DNA of 53,987 nucleotides from Perkinsus olseni (Eukaryota): NCBI GenBank assembly GCA_013115125.1, contig JABANN010000197.1, positions 1 to 53,987 of the forward strand, read 5' to 3'. Shown piece by piece: positions 50,166 to 53,987 of this stretch (position 1 is its first letter; each line of letters starts with the position of its first letter). The notes under the pieces were generated by a model. It saw only the letters and a program-made list of their open reading frames with translations, ran no database searches and was not told where the DNA came from. The position numbers and the translations under genes were made by a program.

Positions 50166-50516
50166 GGTTGCCAACCACGAACTCGATGATGCTTCCTCGA
50201 AATTTGTACTTCTCCCTTGGATTTTGGGAATCACCCACTCAAGAAGCTATTGTCAAGAACTTAAGAACAAGGAAATTCACCCTCTTCGTATCGAGTTTAT
50301 TGGCAGACGATCGGACAGGGTATCGTCTACACGCTGTCCGATAGATACCGTAGAGATCTGTTGCTCCCGGATTCTCTCACTGAGCACCAGATTACTTGCT
50401 TTTGCTGATGAAAAGAGAGAAAACTTTTTCGATGAGAAAAAGTGCCGAAGACAAAGACAAAGACGAAGACGAAGAGGTGAAGGAGGCTGGAGACACGATT
50501 CTGTTTTGGCGTGCAA

Positions 50517-52312
50517 GTTGCACGCCAAAACAGAATCGTGGCTCTCAGGGGTCACTTTGAGGGCGTTGAATCCGACAATAGGGGGAATTTCTTGGAATTG
50601 ATGAGGCTGCTCTCTGAGTTCGATAAGGTCACTGCCTCAAGACTGGCCGAAGGGCCGCGGAATGCGGCCTACCTGAGTCCACAGATCCAAAATAGCTTGC
50701 TGAAAAGCATGGCTAGCTTGATCGTGAAGGATATCGTTGAAGAAGTTGGCGATCAACCCTATTGCCTCCTCGGGGATGAAACAAGAGATGAGGGTGGAAC
50801 GGAACAACTGGCCCTTTGTATACGTTATTCCAAGCTTGAGAAAATCGGTGACCCCTTAGTGATCAAGGAGTCTTTTCTCGGATTCATAAGCTTGGAAAAC
50901 CTCGACTCCTCGGCCATAGTTGACAGGTTGATACATCGCCTGGATAGTATCGCGCTTGACGCGTCCCGTTGCACCTCACAAGGGTATGATGGGGCATCGG
51001 TAATGTCAGGTCACCGCAAAGGAGTGTATAAGGTACCAGTGCTTTCATGGCTATTCTGACATAGGATGTCGCAGTATTTCAGGTATTTCAAGAACGAGCA
51101 GGATGCACTGCTCCGTATTTGCATTGTTCAAACCATCGGCTGAACCTTTGCATCCAAAAGTCAGTGAAGGATGTGGAGAAGGTGGCTTCGTTCTTCATCG
51201 CAATGGCCGACTTTGATCGCTTCTTCAAGATCTCGGTGGTCCCCAACGAATTCGAGAACCAGCAGAAGAAGGTCTTTGGTGATGCGGTACGTACTCGGAC
51301 CCTGAAAAGGATTATTGATACCAGATGGAGTTGCCAAGCTGATGCCTGTGCCGTCTTCGTCGACACCCTTGACGCAATCTTTCCGACATTGGAGGAGGTC
51401 ATTTCGTCCCATCCAGCGAAGCGGGCCGGGGAAGCCGAGGGCCTTTTGTTGAAAATTGACCAAGTTTTTCTCGTGACTCTGTATACTCTGCAACGTGTCC
51501 TGGCAATGACCGATAAAGCATCTAAGCTTCTCCAGGATCCGACAGCTGACCTAAGCCAGGCTCGGTTGCTCATCGAAGAGCTTAAAAGTACCATCCAATG
51601 TTGCATCGATGACACACAAACCGATGGTACATTATGGCAAGGTATTTGGTCAGATGCGACAGCTGTGGTCGACAAGCACGAGCTGGATACATCTCGCCGT
51701 TTTGGTAAGAGAAGGCAGAAACGGCGATCTGCCGACACAGAGCTGTCTCCGGCGGAGGATGCATGCGAGCATCTTTTCCTCCCTTTCATGGAAAGTATCC
51801 TGAAAGAACTGAATGAGCGGTTCAGCTTTCACAGCTATGTAGTTTACGACGGAGTCTGCTGCTTCAATCCGCAGCACAATCTCTTTCTAGATGCCACTAA
51901 GATGGTAGCCTTCGGGGAGATTTTCGGTTGTAACCTAGACGAGTTAGCAGTAGAGCTCAGAGTTGCTACACGTGCAGTCAGTAGACGCCAAGACGAGCTC
52001 CAGAGAGACGGTGACGCGGGGATGTCCTCAGTCCTTGATGTAGTTTCATTCTTACACGGTTTGAAGCTCGCCTGGCCGAGCCTCATGTTCCTGGGTCATG
52101 TCGCTTTATGCCTCCCGACGAGCACCGCGTCGTGTGAGCGTTCCTTTTCCGTTCTTAAGTTGGTTAAAACTCATTTAAGAACCACAATGGCAGATGATAG
52201 ATTGAGCGCCTTGGGTGTTCTATCGATCAACAAGTCCCGTGCTAGGAACCTCGACTTAGATAGGGTCCTGCGCGAGTTTGCGCGGGAAGAGCGCGCCATT
52301 CGTTTGTTCTGA
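50517..52312 (+). pseudogene. hAT transposase, N-terminus missing, one intron (~51033-51082)
   Basis: ALRGH, GNFLELM, YLSPQIQN, DETRD, QGYDGA, HCSNHRLNL, TRW, TASCERSFS, LRTTMADDRLSAL (hATC dimerization domain). Confidence 0.85.
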
Positions 52313-52583
52313 GACCTTTTCCCTCGCGTACTATCGTATTTCATCTGAATCTATCAGGGGAGTTACTTGTTAGTAAATGGGTGCACTCAAAACGGCTACA
52401 TATTCCGTCAAAAGAAGATTTGATTCTAGCCGTATGAAGCGCCACGCGGGACCGGGCCAAAGGCGACCTCCCCGCTCGCCCAGAGACTCATACCCCAGCA
52501 AACACATGCCCGGCCGCCGGGGGGGCAAGGCGGGGGCGAGGCCGGCTTCAGGGGGGGCCTCCGCCCCCCCGGCTACGCCACTG
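50517..52583 (+). mobile_element. 5'-truncated hAT DNA transposon (ZMYM1/DUF4371-type transposase) with right TIR
   Basis: Right end ...GGCTACGCCACTG at 52583 (reverse complement CAGTGGCGTAGCC, hAT-like TIR); no matching left TIR seen in the window. Confidence 0.8.
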
Positions 52584-53678
52584 CCACCGGTTATGATACT
52601 ACTATCTTGGTAGTAACAAATTTCCCTTCATACATCTAACAGTACATGGTAGTACCATGTACTGTTCGATGTATAAAGAAACATTTCAATCGACGGGCAC
52701 GGTTGCATCAATCTGTGATGTACTCCGTCGCATACGCCTTGGCCTTTAGTGTAGCCGCTACACTATTTAGGGAGTATGCTTTCCATGCAACTTGGTCAAG
52801 GGTGGGATGATGGTGGGCTAAGAGAACCATTACGGCGATGCCTTACCGACAAGATGTCGTCGACGTTTGTGGCAGCCTCATTCGACGAGTTTGCTGGAAT
52901 AACCCCGAAGATGTCTTCGATCACTATTCCCGTGCCTCTCCTTAAACTCTATACGACGGCCGTATGGAGTTAATCGAAAGCGAGTTCAGGGACTTATTCC
53001 GACCCTGAAGTCGCTTCCGGGGTGAATCCGGTTTTAGAGGGCAGTTATCGGTTTTGTAGGGCGCGTATGCCGCTCGCCCCCGTTTGGGAGATTTGAGGGG
53101 CAAGTGGTGGAATTTTTGGGGATTGGAGAGGAAGTTTCAGGGCCTCGAAGCGCTCGCCCACGGCGGTGGGAAAAAAGGGCGGTAGGCAGAAAAACGGGGC
53201 AACTGGTGAAAAGAGGGGGGCAGAGGCCTGCGCCACTCGTGGACCAGCCAAGCTCGCGAAAATCTCATGAAGTGTATGAGAACTTCTCATTGAGAAGCGG
53301 TGATGCATGAGCACGTGATTCGAGCAGTAGTTCCCGTACATGCTCCCACGATCGCATGGCGAGTGTTCGGCAGACAACACTCACATACACCGCACAAGGG
53401 GCTGGAGATATACAAGATATCACAATTCACGATTCACAATCCAGATACTTGTCAACGCAACACTAACCTCTTGCATTGGAAAGCTCAACACTGAAACTTT
53501 CAAATGCCGTGAAACTTGGCATTCTTCACCTTTCTCCCGAGTACAATCTATAGATACGCTGAAACGAGCCCGACCGAATTCGATGTTCACTCCAAGGAAT
53601 CCCTCCTACAGGACAGTACTCTTAAAGTACTAGCCTGAGAGCGAGTAGAGGACGGTAGTGAAGAGAAACATGCAGAAG

Positions 53679-53987
53679 TTATAGACGAGGATTTTTGGGA
53701 TATCCTCCTTTGAGAACCTCGATTTCGCGCGGCCTTTTTCCCACCGCTGAGCCTGAGGACAAGGACAAATTACAAATCAAAGTTGTAGCCGGGAGGCTTG
53801 CAGATTCTTACCTTGGGAGCTCGTCGATGAAGCGGCAGGACCCTGTGAGGTCCATTCCTTGTGAGCTCTGACATCCGTACCATGACGCTGTAACTTACAG
53901 CGTACCCTTACAGCCTGTAAGGGATTGGGGTTCCTCGCGGGTCTGCCCGCCCAGGCTACCTTAGGGTAAGGCGTCCGCATGGCATCG
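53679..53987 (-). CDS. Possible 3' exons of a gene entering from beyond the window
   Basis: GT-AG pattern joins ...ASSTSSQ/GSAVGKRPREIEVLKGGYPKNPRL*; no homology recognised. Confidence 0.25.

Noticed and set aside
51088-51789. 233-aa antisense ORF
   Set aside because: Shadow of the hAT transposase reading frame.

Overview
Gene-dense, intron-rich eukaryotic DNA with many ~45-70 nt GT-AG introns and one N-gap (9548-9644). The gene content (RAP-domain, Alba, ApiAP2-like, Mei2-like) and intron style point to an alveolate, most likely Perkinsus; this is an inference. Manual splicing gives about 13 genes: RAP protein, intronless glycerol-3-phosphate dehydrogenase, SLC26/STAS transporter, Mei2-like RRM, Alba, TPR protein, TMEM229-like, ZNF706-like, RFC small subunit, a PAS-histidine kinase-receiver-cyclase hybrid, a hypothetical protein, a multi-pass membrane protein and an AP2-like/chromodomain protein. 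The window also holds three intact tRNAs (Ile-UAU, Phe-GAA, Arg-ACG), a 5'-truncated hAT transposon, two MITE families, a structured SINE-tail-like repeat family and several minisatellites. The most striking signal is that many short spliceosomal introns, at least nine in the kinase-cyclase gene alone, consist almost entirely of tRNA 3'-half-like sequence. They resemble different tRNAs, occur in both orientations, and in sense copies the oligo-T tail sits at the 3' splice site. All exon structures are manual predictions.
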